This document shows, piece by piece, positions 26,563 to 36,982 of a stretch of DNA of 64,000 bases. Origin of the DNA: Cellvibrio sp. (GTDB lineage: Bacteria; Pseudomonadota; Gammaproteobacteria; Pseudomonadales; Cellvibrionaceae); NCBI GenBank assembly GCA_016712405.1, contig JADJRD010000006.1:8875-72874 (forward strand), given 5' to 3'. Under the pieces are notes generated by a model. That model had not been told where the DNA came from and ran no database searches. It saw nothing but the letters and a program-made list of their open reading frames with translations. How positions within the stretch are numbered: the stretch's first letter is position 1; the number at the start of each line of letters is the position of its first letter. The position numbers and the translations under genes were made by a program.

Positions 26563-29500
26563 TTAATGAAATGTAACATCGTTGTGTTGGCTGGCTTGTG
26601 CCAAATCCAGCAAATCCCGAAGTGCCACTGAGAACATGGCGAAATCAGTACCACTAACTGCTTGTAATTCGTTAACCATCGTTTTCCAACGACCAATTAA
26701 CAATTGATGTTGCAAACTCCATTGTTCAATGATCGAAGGAATTTGCGCATCATCACTGACATAACGGATCAAAGAAATACTGAGCGAACGCAATTGCGCT
26801 TCAAGATCATCCATATAAGTTTCTCTTGCCATCGCTTGCCAAAAATTATCGACTTTTAAATCCGATATTTGATTAGAAAACCAAGGCAAACTTAAATAGT
26901 TACCCAAACTGAAATACAACTTGGCAACTCTATCCAGAGGTTGACTGGCAATACGAGCTGATTCGGCAACACTTAATCCGGAATAGAGATTGGCTGGTCT
27001 GGTTGCAGCTACGATTAAATTCTCTGGTAAGCCTGCCTCTTGCAATTTATTACGCGAAATCTGCCATTCAATTAATGGATCCCCCTGCAATAAAGTTGGC
27101 AGCGATTGAGCAATTTCTGCCATAGCCGGAGCAAAACAATTGACCTCTACTGAAGGATTTAAATTACTGCGACGATTTCGCAAAAACCATCGCGCCGCAC
27201 GACGAACGCGACGCATCATGCCATTCACCAATTGCAACTGAATTTGTGGATCAACTTGATAATCCACTTTTTCCAACGCCTGTTGAAATTCATCGACACG
27301 ATAAATATCACGCGCAATGATATAAGCTTTTGCTACATCACCGGATTTGGCGCCAGTCGACTCCATCAAACGTTGCGCAAATGTAATACCCATATTATTC
27401 ACAATATCATTAGCAATTTGCGTTGCAACGATTTCACGACGCAATCTATGCTTACGCATGGCATCAGGATATAACTGAGATAATTTTTCAGGAAAAGCAC
27501 CTTCAATAAAATTCGCAATATAATCATCGTCTGCAATATCCGAAAGCGCCAAATCTTCTTTCAACATGGCTTTTGCATAAGAAACCAAAATCGCTAATTC
27601 AGGGCGAGTCAACCCTTTCCCATGAGTTTGACGCTCAAGCAATACTTCATCATTAGGTAAAAATTCCAACTTGCGATTTAACCGCCCAGCTGCTTGTAAT
27701 GCATTCATAAACCGACGATATTCAGCACTACGAGAAAAAGCTTCCGACTGCGCAACACTGATGGCCTGGGTTTGATGATAATTATTTTGCAAAACCAATT
27801 GTGCAACGTTATCTGTCATCTCGACCAATAACTGATTGCGCTGTTTTTGAGTGAGATCGCCGTTAGCAACCACTTCATTCAATAAAATTTTTGCATTGAC
27901 CTCATGATCAGAACAATCCACTCCACCGGCATTATCAATAAAATCGGTATTGCAACTTCCGCCATTTAAACAATATTCGATTCGGCCTCTTTGTGTCATT
28001 CCTAAATTGCCACCTTCACCAAACACTTTACAGCGAAGTTCATTGCCATTAACCCGTAAAATATCATTGGCTTTATCACCTGCATCCGCATGAGTTTCTA
28101 TACTGGATTTTACGTATGTGCCTATTCCACCATTCCAAATTAAATCAACCGGCGCTTTTAATAATGCGGAAATAAATTCTGTCGGCGTTAATGATTCAGC
28201 TTGAATCTCAAATAATTTCTGCATTTGTGGTGTGATGGTGATTGATTTTAGATCTCGACTAAACACACCTCCACCTTCACTAATGAGAGACGAATCATAA
28301 TCGGCCCAACTTGAGCGAGGTAAATTAAATAAGCGTTTACGCTCAATAAATCCACTGACTGAATCAGGTTTTGGATCAATAAAAATATGACGATGATCAA
28401 ATGCGGCAACGAGATTGATAGCTTGCGACAGTAACATACCGTTACCAAAAACATCGCCTGACATGTCCCCTATTCCTACAACACTGATCGGATCTTGCTG
28501 AATATTGATATTTTTTTCTTTGAAATGACGTTGTACTGAAATCCAACCACCGCGAGCTGTAATTCCCATAGCTTTGTGATCATAACCTTGACTACCACCG
28601 GAGGCGAAAGCATCACCCAACCAAAAATGATATTCAGCTGAAATACTGTTTGCTATGTCAGAGAATGTTGCTGTTCCTTTATCCGCCGCGACAACTAGAT
28701 AGGGATCATCCTCATCAAATCGTAATGTATTGTCCGGCGATTTAATTTTACCCTCGATTAAATTATCAGTGAGATCCAACAAACCACGAATAAAAGTTTT
28801 ATAACATTCAATCCCTTCTTTAAGAATTGCATCACGCCCACCCGTTTGAGGTGGATGCTTGCAAACAAATCCGCCTTTTGCTCCATTCGGCACTATCACC
28901 GCATTCTTTACTTGTTGGGCTTTCACCAAACCCAAAACTTCTGTTCGATAATCTTGCAATCGATCAGACCAACGCAAACCACCACGCGCCACTTTTGCCG
29001 AACGCAAATGCACACCTTCAACACGTGGTGAAAAGACAAAAATTTCGTAAAGGGGTCTTGGCTCAGGAATATCGGGAATAGTACGTGGACTTAATTTTAT
29101 CGAAAGATACTCTTTTTCAATCCCCTCTTGCGTTGTTTGATAATAATTCGTACGAACACTGCTATCGATCATAGCGAGATAACGACGTACAATTCTATCT
29201 TCATTCAAATTTTCAACTTTATTCAAGCCTTGCAGAATTTTTTGTCGGCAATTTTCAATGATTTCCTGATTAGCCTTAATGCCCATATTGAAAACAGGAT
29301 CGAACTTGGCGTTGAACAAATCAATTAATAAACGCGTCAATGACGAATGATTCACCAATGCATTGGCAATATAAGTATCGGCAAAATTAAACAAGGTTTG
29401 TCGCATATAACAAGCGTAAGCGCGTAGTAAGACCACCTCACGCCATTTCAAACCGCAACTTAACACCAGGCGATTGAATGGATCACTATCCATGCGTTTC

Positions 29501-31449
29501 CGCCATATAGCCGCAAAGGCAGACTGGAAGTTTTCTTTGACTGCATGAATATCAAATTCAGACACAAAATGATGCTGCAGATGAAAATCATGCAACCAAA
29601 CAAAATCACCATCCGTACGACGTATTTCATGTGAACTTTCCGACACCACACGCAAACCCAAATGCTCAAGTACCGGAATCACATCCGATAATTCCAGAGT
29701 TTGGTTTTCATGGAAAATTTTAAAGCGAAGTTCATTTTCAGCCGAGCTGACAGGTTGATAAAAGCTCATGGCAATATCATTAGTTTCTGTCATGGCATCC
29801 ATAATCAGAATATCTTGTGCCGCATTACGTGAATCAAATTGTTCTTGATAAGAAGAAGCAAATGCATTGCGATAATCATGTAACAATCGCATAGCCTTCT
29901 CTTCACCCTGGGATTCAATTAATGAATATTGCAATTGATCTTCCCAGGAACGGGTAATTTCGATTATTTTGGTTTGCAGAGCCGCAATATCGATTTCCGG
30001 AACCGGTTGGGCACCCAGTTTGAATACCAAATGAACACGAGCCAGAATCGATTCCGAATAAAGAGTAGTAAACTCACATTCATGGGTACCTAATAACCCA
30101 CCAATCAACTCTTGAATCTTCAATCGTATTTTTGTGGAAAAATAATCGCGAGGAATATAAACCAAACAAGTCACAAACTTGCCAAACAGATCGCGACGAA
30201 TAAATAGCTTAACCATCGCTCTTTCATTAATTTGAGTTACACCCATTAAGGTGTCATACAACTCAGCACTACCGCTTAAAAATATTTCATCACGCGGAAA
30301 TGTCTCCAAAATCTGTTTGAAACTCTTTCCATAATAGCTGTTAAGATTTAATCCACTTCTCTCAATCACTTTATTGATTTTTTCGCGAATTAATGGAATA
30401 CCAATCGGGCTTAAACTGTAAACCATAGAGGTATAAAGCCCCATAAACCGGCACTCACCGACTACTTCACCACTAGAATTAAATTTTTTAATCACTACAT
30501 AATCTGAATAGGCATGTCGATGAACCCGCGAGCGCATGGACGATTTTGAAAAGGTAATAATTTGAGGAACCAAATGAAATTTAGCCATCCCCTCATTGAA
30601 TTGTGACACATCAATAATGGATTGCTGTGCATTACGAAAAGCAAATACACCCTGTCTTTTGTCCGATACTTCACGCAATTGTTTGCCTGATTCAGACTCT
30701 ACAAATTCATATTCGGAATACCCCAGAAAAGTAAAATGATTAGCCATTAGCCAGCGAATAAATTCCTGGCTTTCCTTTACCAGAGGCGCCATTACCGAAC
30801 CCACTGCCAACTGGAGATTTTTTTCAATCTTGACTACCTGCTCCATCATGGGTTTGTAATCCTTAACCACTCGCCCCACTTCATCCAAAACCGATAACAA
30901 ACTATCGCGCAATTCTTTTAATTCATTTTCTTGCGAGTGCAGACTGATCTCTAAAAATATCAAGGCTTCTGCTTGCGCATTGTCTATATCGTCAAGGCTG
31001 TCACTTAAGCTAATCAATTTATGTTTATCATCGCGACAAACATTCATCACCGTACTTTTCAAACCATGAATCGCAATGTTTCGGCGATTCATTTCAATAC
31101 GAATTGAGTCCACCAGAAACGGCATATCTTTTTGAAGAACCACAATCACTGTGTGCGGACAAACCCAACCATCTTCAGCCAAAACGGGATTAAATACTCT
31201 TAGCTTGGGCGCCTTACCATCGGGCTGACCTTCAAATTGTTGTATAAATCGCCACCAGTGATAAATGCTGCCGAACACATCACTAAAGTGCCGACCTACC
31301 AACTCCTCAAGCGGGTAGTAGGTAAAAAATAATCTCGCCAACACCATTAGCTTTTCGGCCTCTACCGGCTCCAATTGCTTGATCGCGAATGCACGCAACT
31401 CATCCATAAATGCATCAAATTGGTGTTGGCTTACATGTTGACTATCCAC
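26563..31449 (-). CDS. gdhB: large NAD-specific glutamate dehydrogenase
   Basis: 1628 aa; ARGGLRWSDR, VKAQQVKNAVIVP, VAADKGTATFSD, YDHKAMGITARG, VGIGDMSGDVFGNG. Confidence 0.95.
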   Translation of the reverse strand: MDSQHVSQHQFDAFMDELRAFAIKQLEPVEAEKLMVLARLFFTYYPLEELVGRHFSDVFGSIYHWWRFIQQFEGQPDGKAPKLRVFNPVLAEDGWVCPHTVIVVLQKDMPFLVDSIRIEMNRRNIAIHGLKSTVMNVCRDDKHKLISLSDSLDDIDNAQAEALIFLEISLHSQENELKELRDSLLSVLDEVGRVVKDYKPMMEQVVKIEKNLQLAVGSVMAPLVKESQEFIRWLMANHFTFLGYSEYEFVESESGKQLREVSDKRQGVFAFRNAQQSIIDVSQFNEGMAKFHLVPQIITFSKSSMRSRVHRHAYSDYVVIKKFNSSGEVVGECRFMGLYTSMVYSLSPIGIPLIREKINKVIERSGLNLNSYYGKSFKQILETFPRDEIFLSGSAELYDTLMGVTQINERAMVKLFIRRDLFGKFVTCLVYIPRDYFSTKIRLKIQELIGGLLGTHECEFTTLYSESILARVHLVFKLGAQPVPEIDIAALQTKIIEITRSWEDQLQYSLIESQGEEKAMRLLHDYRNAFASSYQEQFDSRNAAQDILIMDAMTETNDIAMSFYQPVSSAENELRFKIFHENQTLELSDVIPVLEHLGLRVVSESSHEIRRTDGDFVWLHDFHLQHHFVSEFDIHAVKENFQSAFAAIWRKRMDSDPFNRLVLSCGLKWREVVLLRAYACYMRQTLFNFADTYIANALVNHSSLTRLLIDLFNAKFDPVFNMGIKANQEIIENCRQKILQGLNKVENLNEDRIVRRYLAMIDSSVRTNYYQTTQEGIEKEYLSIKLSPRTIPDIPEPRPLYEIFVFSPRVEGVHLRSAKVARGGLRWSDRLQDYRTEVLGLVKAQQVKNAVIVPNGAKGGFVCKHPPQTGGRDAILKEGIECYKTFIRGLLDLTDNLIEGKIKSPDNTLRFDEDDPYLVVAADKGTATFSDIANSISAEYHFWLGDAFASGGSQGYDHKAMGITARGGWISVQRHFKEKNINIQQDPISVVGIGDMSGDVFGNGMLLSQAINLVAAFDHRHIFIDPKPDSVSGFIERKRLFNLPRSSWADYDSSLISEGGGVFSRDLKSITITPQMQKLFEIQAESLTPTEFISALLKAPVDLIWNGGIGTYVKSSIETHADAGDKANDILRVNGNELRCKVFGEGGNLGMTQRGRIEYCLNGGSCNTDFIDNAGGVDCSDHEVNAKILLNEVVANGDLTQKQRNQLLVEMTDNVAQLVLQNNYHQTQAISVAQSEAFSRSAEYRRFMNALQAAGRLNRKLEFLPNDEVLLERQTHGKGLTRPELAILVSYAKAMLKEDLALSDIADDDYIANFIEGAFPEKLSQLYPDAMRKHRLRREIVATQIANDIVNNMGITFAQRLMESTGAKSGDVAKAYIIARDIYRVDEFQQALEKVDYQVDPQIQLQLVNGMMRRVRRAARWFLRNRRSNLNPSVEVNCFAPAMAEIAQSLPTLLQGDPLIEWQISRNKLQEAGLPENLIVAATRPANLYSGLSVAESARIASQPLDRVAKLYFSLGNYLSLPWFSNQISDLKVDNFWQAMARETYMDDLEAQLRSLSISLIRYVSDDAQIPSIIEQWSLQHQLLIGRWKTMVNELQAVSGTDFAMFSVALRDLLDLAQASQHNDVTFH

Positions 31450-31619
31450 GTTGCAGACTCCTAATAAATGTCACCCTTCCTAAAGATGGCTCAGGAAGGG
31501 ATATTCCGGGGGTTTTGTGTCTTAAGATTAGACGATTAATAACTTTTGGTATTGAAAAATTCGGAACTGCCTCCAAATTTGACGGTCAGTTAGCGGACTT
31601 ACTTTAGGATCAAGCTCTT

Positions 31620-32380
31620 ATGTCAAACCATGCACACATCCAATCACTGGCCAACTGGTTAAACCAACAAATTGTTGGTCAGGAACATTTGATTAATCGC
31701 TTATTACGATTTTCCATAATTTAGTATTGGCCGATGAGATCAACCGCGCTCCCGCCAAAGTTCAATCAGCTCTTTTGGAGGCTATGGCGGAAAGACAAGT
31801 CAGTGTCGGCAGTAAAACCTATCCCCTGCCGTCATTATTTATGGTGATGGCAACCCAAAACCCCATTGAGCAAGAAGGCACTTATCCATTGCCTGAAGCG
31901 CAGTTAGATAGATTTCTGTTGCATGTGTTAGTGGACTACCCCAGCTTGGAAGCCGAAAGAAAAATTCTCCATTTGGCGCGAAATGAAGCCAGCCACATCG
32001 CTGTTGAAACACCACCTGTTATTACTCAAGCCACCATCATGGCTGCACGACAAGAAATTTTAAATTTACACATGGCAGAATCAGTTGAAAATTATTTGGT
32101 ACATTTGATCAACGCAACGCGCCGCCCTGCCAAATACCACAAAGATTTAGCAGAGCTAATTGAATTTGGCGCAAGCCCTCGTGCCACAATTGCGTTGGAT
32201 CGTTGTGCTCGCGCTCATGCCTGGTTGCAAGGCCGCGACTTTGTCAGCCCTGATGACGTACAAGCCGTTGCACACGATGTATTGCGTCATAGATTAATTT
32301 TACGATTTGAAGCTGAAGCACGCGGTATTAATTCACAACAAGTGATCGACAAATTACTCGCTGCGGTTCCTCTGGTGTAA
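31620..32380 (+). pseudogene. moxR: MoxR AAA+ ATPase with an internal deletion removing Walker A, plus a frame break
   Basis: ATG 31620 gives [29 protein letters not shown], which jumps near 31707 to [17 protein letters not shown] in another frame; no GxPGxAKT or RIQFTPD. Confidence 0.75.
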
Positions 32381-32404
32381 ATATAATTTAATCGAGAGAT
32401 ATAT

Positions 32405-33433
32405 ATGCCACAGGGTGCTTACACACAAATCGATGAATTATTACGTTGCCGGTTTCTCGCGCAAAGTTTATCGCTATTTCCCAAACGCAAAGCACGCAGT
32501 GTGTTGACGGGAAATGAGCGCACACATTTTCGCGGACGCGGGATGGATTTTGAAGAAGTGCGACTTTATCAAGCCGGTGATGATATTCGCAGTATTGATT
32601 GGCGAGTCACTGCACGCACGCAGGTCACACACACAAAAGTCTATCGTGAAGAACGTGAACGGCCAGTTTTAATTTTAGTTGATCAGCGCTCGTCACTTTT
32701 TTTTGGCAGTCGCAATTGTTTTAAATCCGTATTGGCCGCAGAAATTGCAGCCACTCTTGCATGGGCTGCGCTGGCACGCGGTGATCGTTTAGGCGGTTTG
32801 GTATTAGGCAATGACAATCAACGTGATATTAAACCACGCCGCAGCAAACATGCGGTGCTGGAATTTTTACATCAAATTCACGATTTTAATCAACAATTGC
32901 AGTCACCTTTTTATTCACAACAGAATGACATCAACCCATTGATTCAGGATGCACGCCGAATCGCCAAACCTGGCAGTGCCGTTTTTATTATCAGTGATTT
33001 TCAAGATCTGACGGATAAGGATACAGCGAGTGTCTATCAACTCACCCGTCATACCGATGTCACATTTATTCAAGTATCTGATCCCCTTGAAGCGGATTTA
33101 ATAAGCCCGCACAACTTGTCAATTTCAAATGGCACACAACAAATTGTATTACCGACACAAGAGAAAAAATTTCAATCGGCATTTCATCAACAATTTGAAA
33201 GTAAACAAGATCAATTAAAAAATCTGTGTCAACGAATGGGCATTGCGTTATTAGATTTTTCGACGGATGTGGATTTGACCAGAGCTATGCAGAAATATTT
33301 TAGTAATGCTGCGCATCACCCCACCCTAACCCTTCCCTTAGCAAGGGGAGGGGACAGCTCTCACTCCGCATTAAGTAGAGAATCAAGTTCCTCCCCCTTG
33401 CCAAGGGGGAGGTTAGGAGGGGGTGATGAATAA
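32405..33433 (+). CDS. DUF58 (vWA-like) protein with repeat-derived C-terminal tail
   Basis: RGRGMDFEEVRLYQAGDDIRSIDWRVTAR, LVDQRSSLFFGS, IISDF. Confidence 0.9.
   Translation: MPQGAYTQIDELLRCRFLAQSLSLFPKRKARSVLTGNERTHFRGRGMDFEEVRLYQAGDDIRSIDWRVTARTQVTHTKVYREERERPVLILVDQRSSLFFGSRNCFKSVLAAEIAATLAWAALARGDRLGGLVLGNDNQRDIKPRRSKHAVLEFLHQIHDFNQQLQSPFYSQQNDINPLIQDARRIAKPGSAVFIISDFQDLTDKDTASVYQLTRHTDVTFIQVSDPLEADLISPHNLSISNGTQQIVLPTQEKKFQSAFHQQFESKQDQLKNLCQRMGIALLDFSTDVDLTRAMQKYFSNAAHHPTLTLPLARGGDSSHSALSRESSSSPLPRGRLGGGDE
33317..33425. repeat. palindromic element inside the DUF58 3' end
   Basis: CACCCCACCCTAACCC...GGTTAGGAGGGGGTG, same family as 19642 and 36884. Confidence 0.85.
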
Positions 33434-33931
33434 TTTCTCCGACTTACCACTCGCCGACATCCACCTACCCGAAGCCCCCGGCTATTGGCCTTTAGCACCC
33501 GGCTGGTGGATTTTGCTGGGACTAATTTTATTAGTTACAGTATTAATTTACATTTGGCATAAACGTAAACAACGTGAAAATTATCGCCGCAAAGCCTTAA
33601 TCGAATTGCAAAAAATTAAATTGGAATCTGCGCAAGACACCGAAACATTTTTGCAAGCAATTAGTCTTTATTAAAACGTACAGCGATGACTGCACAGCCC
33701 AACACTTTTAATGCCAGTATTAAAAGTCAAGATTGGTTAAATTGGTTGGATGCACAATGCCCAAAACTTACGACAAAATTTAATAGTAAATTGGGGCAAG
33801 CATTAATTGTCGGCCAATATCAAAAATCACCGGATGTACAGGTGGATGTATTAATTGCATTGACAGAAGAATGGATCAGAAAACACAAGAATCAATGGCA
33901 AAAAAAATCGGGAGGAAATTCTCATGTTTGA
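33426..33931 (+). CDS. DUF4381 protein; one missing T at 33667-33669
   Basis: LADIHLPEAPGYWPLAPGWW, YRRKAL; adding one T gives ISLLLKRTAM and joins the two ORFs. Confidence 0.8.
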
Positions 33932-34895
33932 ATTTTCATTCCTCTGGTTATTTCTATTATTGCCTTTGCCTTTGTTAATGGCTCGATTAAAAGCCAAAGA
34001 ACAAACACAAGCGGCTTTGCGTGTGCCTTTTTATCAACAGGCGCAAGCGCTGCAACAAAATGTCAGCAGTTCTGTCAAAAGTTCGCTGAAAAAAATATCG
34101 CTTTGGCTAATTTGGTTAGCCACGCTTTGTGCAGCGGCCAATCCACAATGGGTGGGTGATCCTGTAAAAATGCCCAGTTCAGGTCGTGATTTATTATTGG
34201 TTGTAGATCTTTCCGAAAGTATGCTGCAAGAAGATATGATCTATCGTCAAAAAAGATACAATCGATTAGAAGCAGTGAAAATAGTTATGGGTGAATTTAT
34301 CGCCCGTCGTACATCAGATCGATTAGGGTTAATTCTATTTGCAGATAATGCTTACCTACAAGCACCGTTAACATTTGACACTAATACAGTGCAACAAATG
34401 TTATGGGAAAGCGAAGTTTATATGGCAGGGGTGCGTACTGCAATTGGAGATGCAATCGCACTGGGAATTAAACGCTTGAAAGATTACCCCGACAATAAAC
34501 GCGTCATGATTTTATTAACCGATGGACAAAATACCGCAGGCGAAATCACACCTGAACAAGCGACTGATTTAGCGGTCACGGCTAAAACCAAAGTCTATAC
34601 CATTGCCTTTAGCCCCTATGAACAGGAAGTAGATGGTGAAGCTATGCGTTATATCGCGGATATGACGGGCGGTGATTATTTTCGTGCACGCAGCATGCAA
34701 GAACTGGATGATATTCATCATCAATTGGATCAACTTGAACCCAGTGAAGCCGACGAAGAAACTTTTCGCCCTGTTAAAAAATTATTTTATTGGCCATTGG
34801 CTTTGGCATTTTTATTAAGCCTTTGGTTAGTGGTTTTACAACTGATCAAGCAAGCTTCATTTCAATCGGTGAAAATGAATGGAGGCAAAGCATGA
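33924..34895 (+). CDS. batA: BatA-type vWA protein
   Basis: MIDAS DLSESM, RLGLILFADNAY, TAIGDAI, LLTDGQNT. Confidence 0.85.
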   Translation: MFEFSFLWLFLLLPLPLLMARLKAKEQTQAALRVPFYQQAQALQQNVSSSVKSSLKKISLWLIWLATLCAAANPQWVGDPVKMPSSGRDLLLVVDLSESMLQEDMIYRQKRYNRLEAVKIVMGEFIARRTSDRLGLILFADNAYLQAPLTFDTNTVQQMLWESEVYMAGVRTAIGDAIALGIKRLKDYPDNKRVMILLTDGQNTAGEITPEQATDLAVTAKTKVYTIAFSPYEQEVDGEAMRYIADMTGGDYFRARSMQELDDIHHQLDQLEPSEADEETFRPVKKLFYWPLALAFLLSLWLVVLQLIKQASFQSVKMNGGKA

Positions 34896-36837
34896 TTGAA
34901 TTTTTTGATCAATTGCATTTCCTCCGCCCCTTGTGGTTATTCGCTTTGATTCCACTGTTACCTTTAATTTTTTTACACTGCCGTCAACAAAAAATGCAGG
35001 ACAATGGCAACAATTAATTGCACCGCATCTACTACCATTTTTATTGGAAGGTAAAACGGTAAAAACACCCCGTGGTTATTTGCTGGTATTACTCTTTGCC
35101 TGGATTCTATCCACAATCGCTTTGGCGGGACCCAGCTGGACAAAAGCACCCGTCGCCGTTGAAAAAAATGATAAGGCTCTGGTAATACTGTTAGATCTCT
35201 CGCCTTCGATGCTGACGGAAGATATCAAACCTTCACGCATTGTTCGTGCGCGTTTAAAAATTGCTGATCTGTTACGCGAAAGGCCTGACGGGCAAACCGC
35301 ATTATTAGTTTACGCCGCTGATGCACATGTAGTGACGCCGCTGACGGACGATGCCAAAACCATTAATAATTTATTGCCCATGCTCAGCCCCAAGCTAATG
35401 CCAGCACAAGGCAGCAATACGGAAGCTGCTGTAACACGCGCAATAAAATTGTTAACCGATGCTGGTTTGCAACAAGGCGATTTATTATTGATTACCGATG
35501 GTGTCGAAATTGTTGCACAAAAAACTATCAATGAATTATTGAAACAGCATCCACGAATTCGCTTATCTATTTTAGGTGTTGGCGGAAAAGAACCTGCACC
35601 GATTCCTTCAAACAATGGCGGGTTTGTTCGCGACAGAAGCAACAACATCATCACCAGCTATCTCGATATCAACTCACTGAGAAACTTTGCCGAAAACAAT
35701 CGCGGCCGTTATAAAACGCTGAGCAGTGATGTAAAAGATATGCAAGTTTTTACGTCACTTGCAAGCATGGAAATATTGGACGCCGATAAAAAAGAAACCA
35801 GCCAAAAATCCAATCGCCAATTTGATCAGTGGACAGACGAAGGTCATTGGTTGGTATTTTTACTTCTGCCCATCATTGCATACGCATTTCGTCGTGGCGT
35901 GTTGTTGAGTCTTTTTCTTGTTCCATTTTTGTTGGTCACTCCCGAAAAAACTTATGCATTGGGCTGGGATGAATTATGGAAAAACCAGGATCAACGAGCT
36001 TACGAAAAACTTCAGGCGGATAAAGCTGCCGAAGCCGCCAAAGAGTTCACCCAACCCGATTGGCAAGCCAGTGCGGAATACAAAGCCGGTAATTTTGCAG
36101 AAGCAGCAACAAAGTTTTCAACGCAAAATAGCGCTACCGGACATTACAATCGAGCTAATGCACTTGCAAAATCCGGGAAGTTGGAAGAAGCCATTAAAGC
36201 CTATGACAAAGCCTTGTCTTTGGATGCAAATTTGGAAGACGCGAAAAAGAACCGCAAAATTGTTGAAGATGCGCTAAAAAAGCAACAAGAACAACAAAAC
36301 AATCAAGATCAAAATCAACAAGATCAGAACAATTCAGATCAACAAAAACAAGATCAACAGGATCAGCAACAAAAAAAGCAAGATCAGCAAAATCAAAACC
36401 AGCAAGATCAAAATAGCGATCAACAAAAATCTGATCAACAACAAAACTCGTCTAGCGGACAGAATTCTTACAATCAGAATCAATCCCAGGAAAACGCCAG
36501 TCAATCATCCCAGGGAAATCAATCGCAAATGGATTCGCAAACATCCAGCTCAGCGGCTTCGCAAATGAATCAAGCTGCACAAACTTCGTCTGCTCAATCT
36601 GAAGAACAAAAATCTGATGAACAAAAAGAAGCCGAGGCAAAAGCACTGGCCGAGATGCAAAAAGATGGATTAACGGAAGAAGAACGAAAGAATTTAGAAC
36701 AATGGTTACGCCGCGTACAAGATGACCCCAGTGGTTTATTGCGCAGAAAATTTGAATACGAATATCGAAAACAACAAAGCGAAAAATACAAAGGTACTTG
36801 GGAATCTCCCGAAAACGAAGCTGATCAACGATTGTGA
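34892..36837 (+). CDS. BatB/BatC-type vWA + TPR protein with Gln-rich linker; one missing A at 34989-34994
   Basis: MIEFFDQLHFLRPLWL start; DLSPSM, LITDG, TPR HYNRANALAK, DDPSGLLRRKF. Confidence 0.85.
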
Positions 36838-36883
36838 TGAGAATGATGAAAATGAAAGTTTTGCATTATATTGCGAAAATATT

Positions 36884-36960
36884 AGACCCCACCCTAACCC
36901 TCCCCTCCCAGGGGAGGGGACAGTCCCTCCCCCTGGCAAAAGGGAGGTTAGGAGGGGGTC
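36884..36960. repeat. palindromic element with almost no spacer
   Basis: AGACCCCACCCTAACCCTCCCC...GGGAGGTTAGGAGGGGGTC. Confidence 0.85.
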
Positions 36961-36982
36961 GAAAGCTCTCAATCAAAACCCG

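Noticed and set aside
36280-36620. Repetitive CAA/GATCAA tract as a repeat array or CRISPR
   Set aside because: It is the in-frame Gln/Asn/Ser-rich linker typical of BatB/C TPR proteins, with no constant repeat-spacer period
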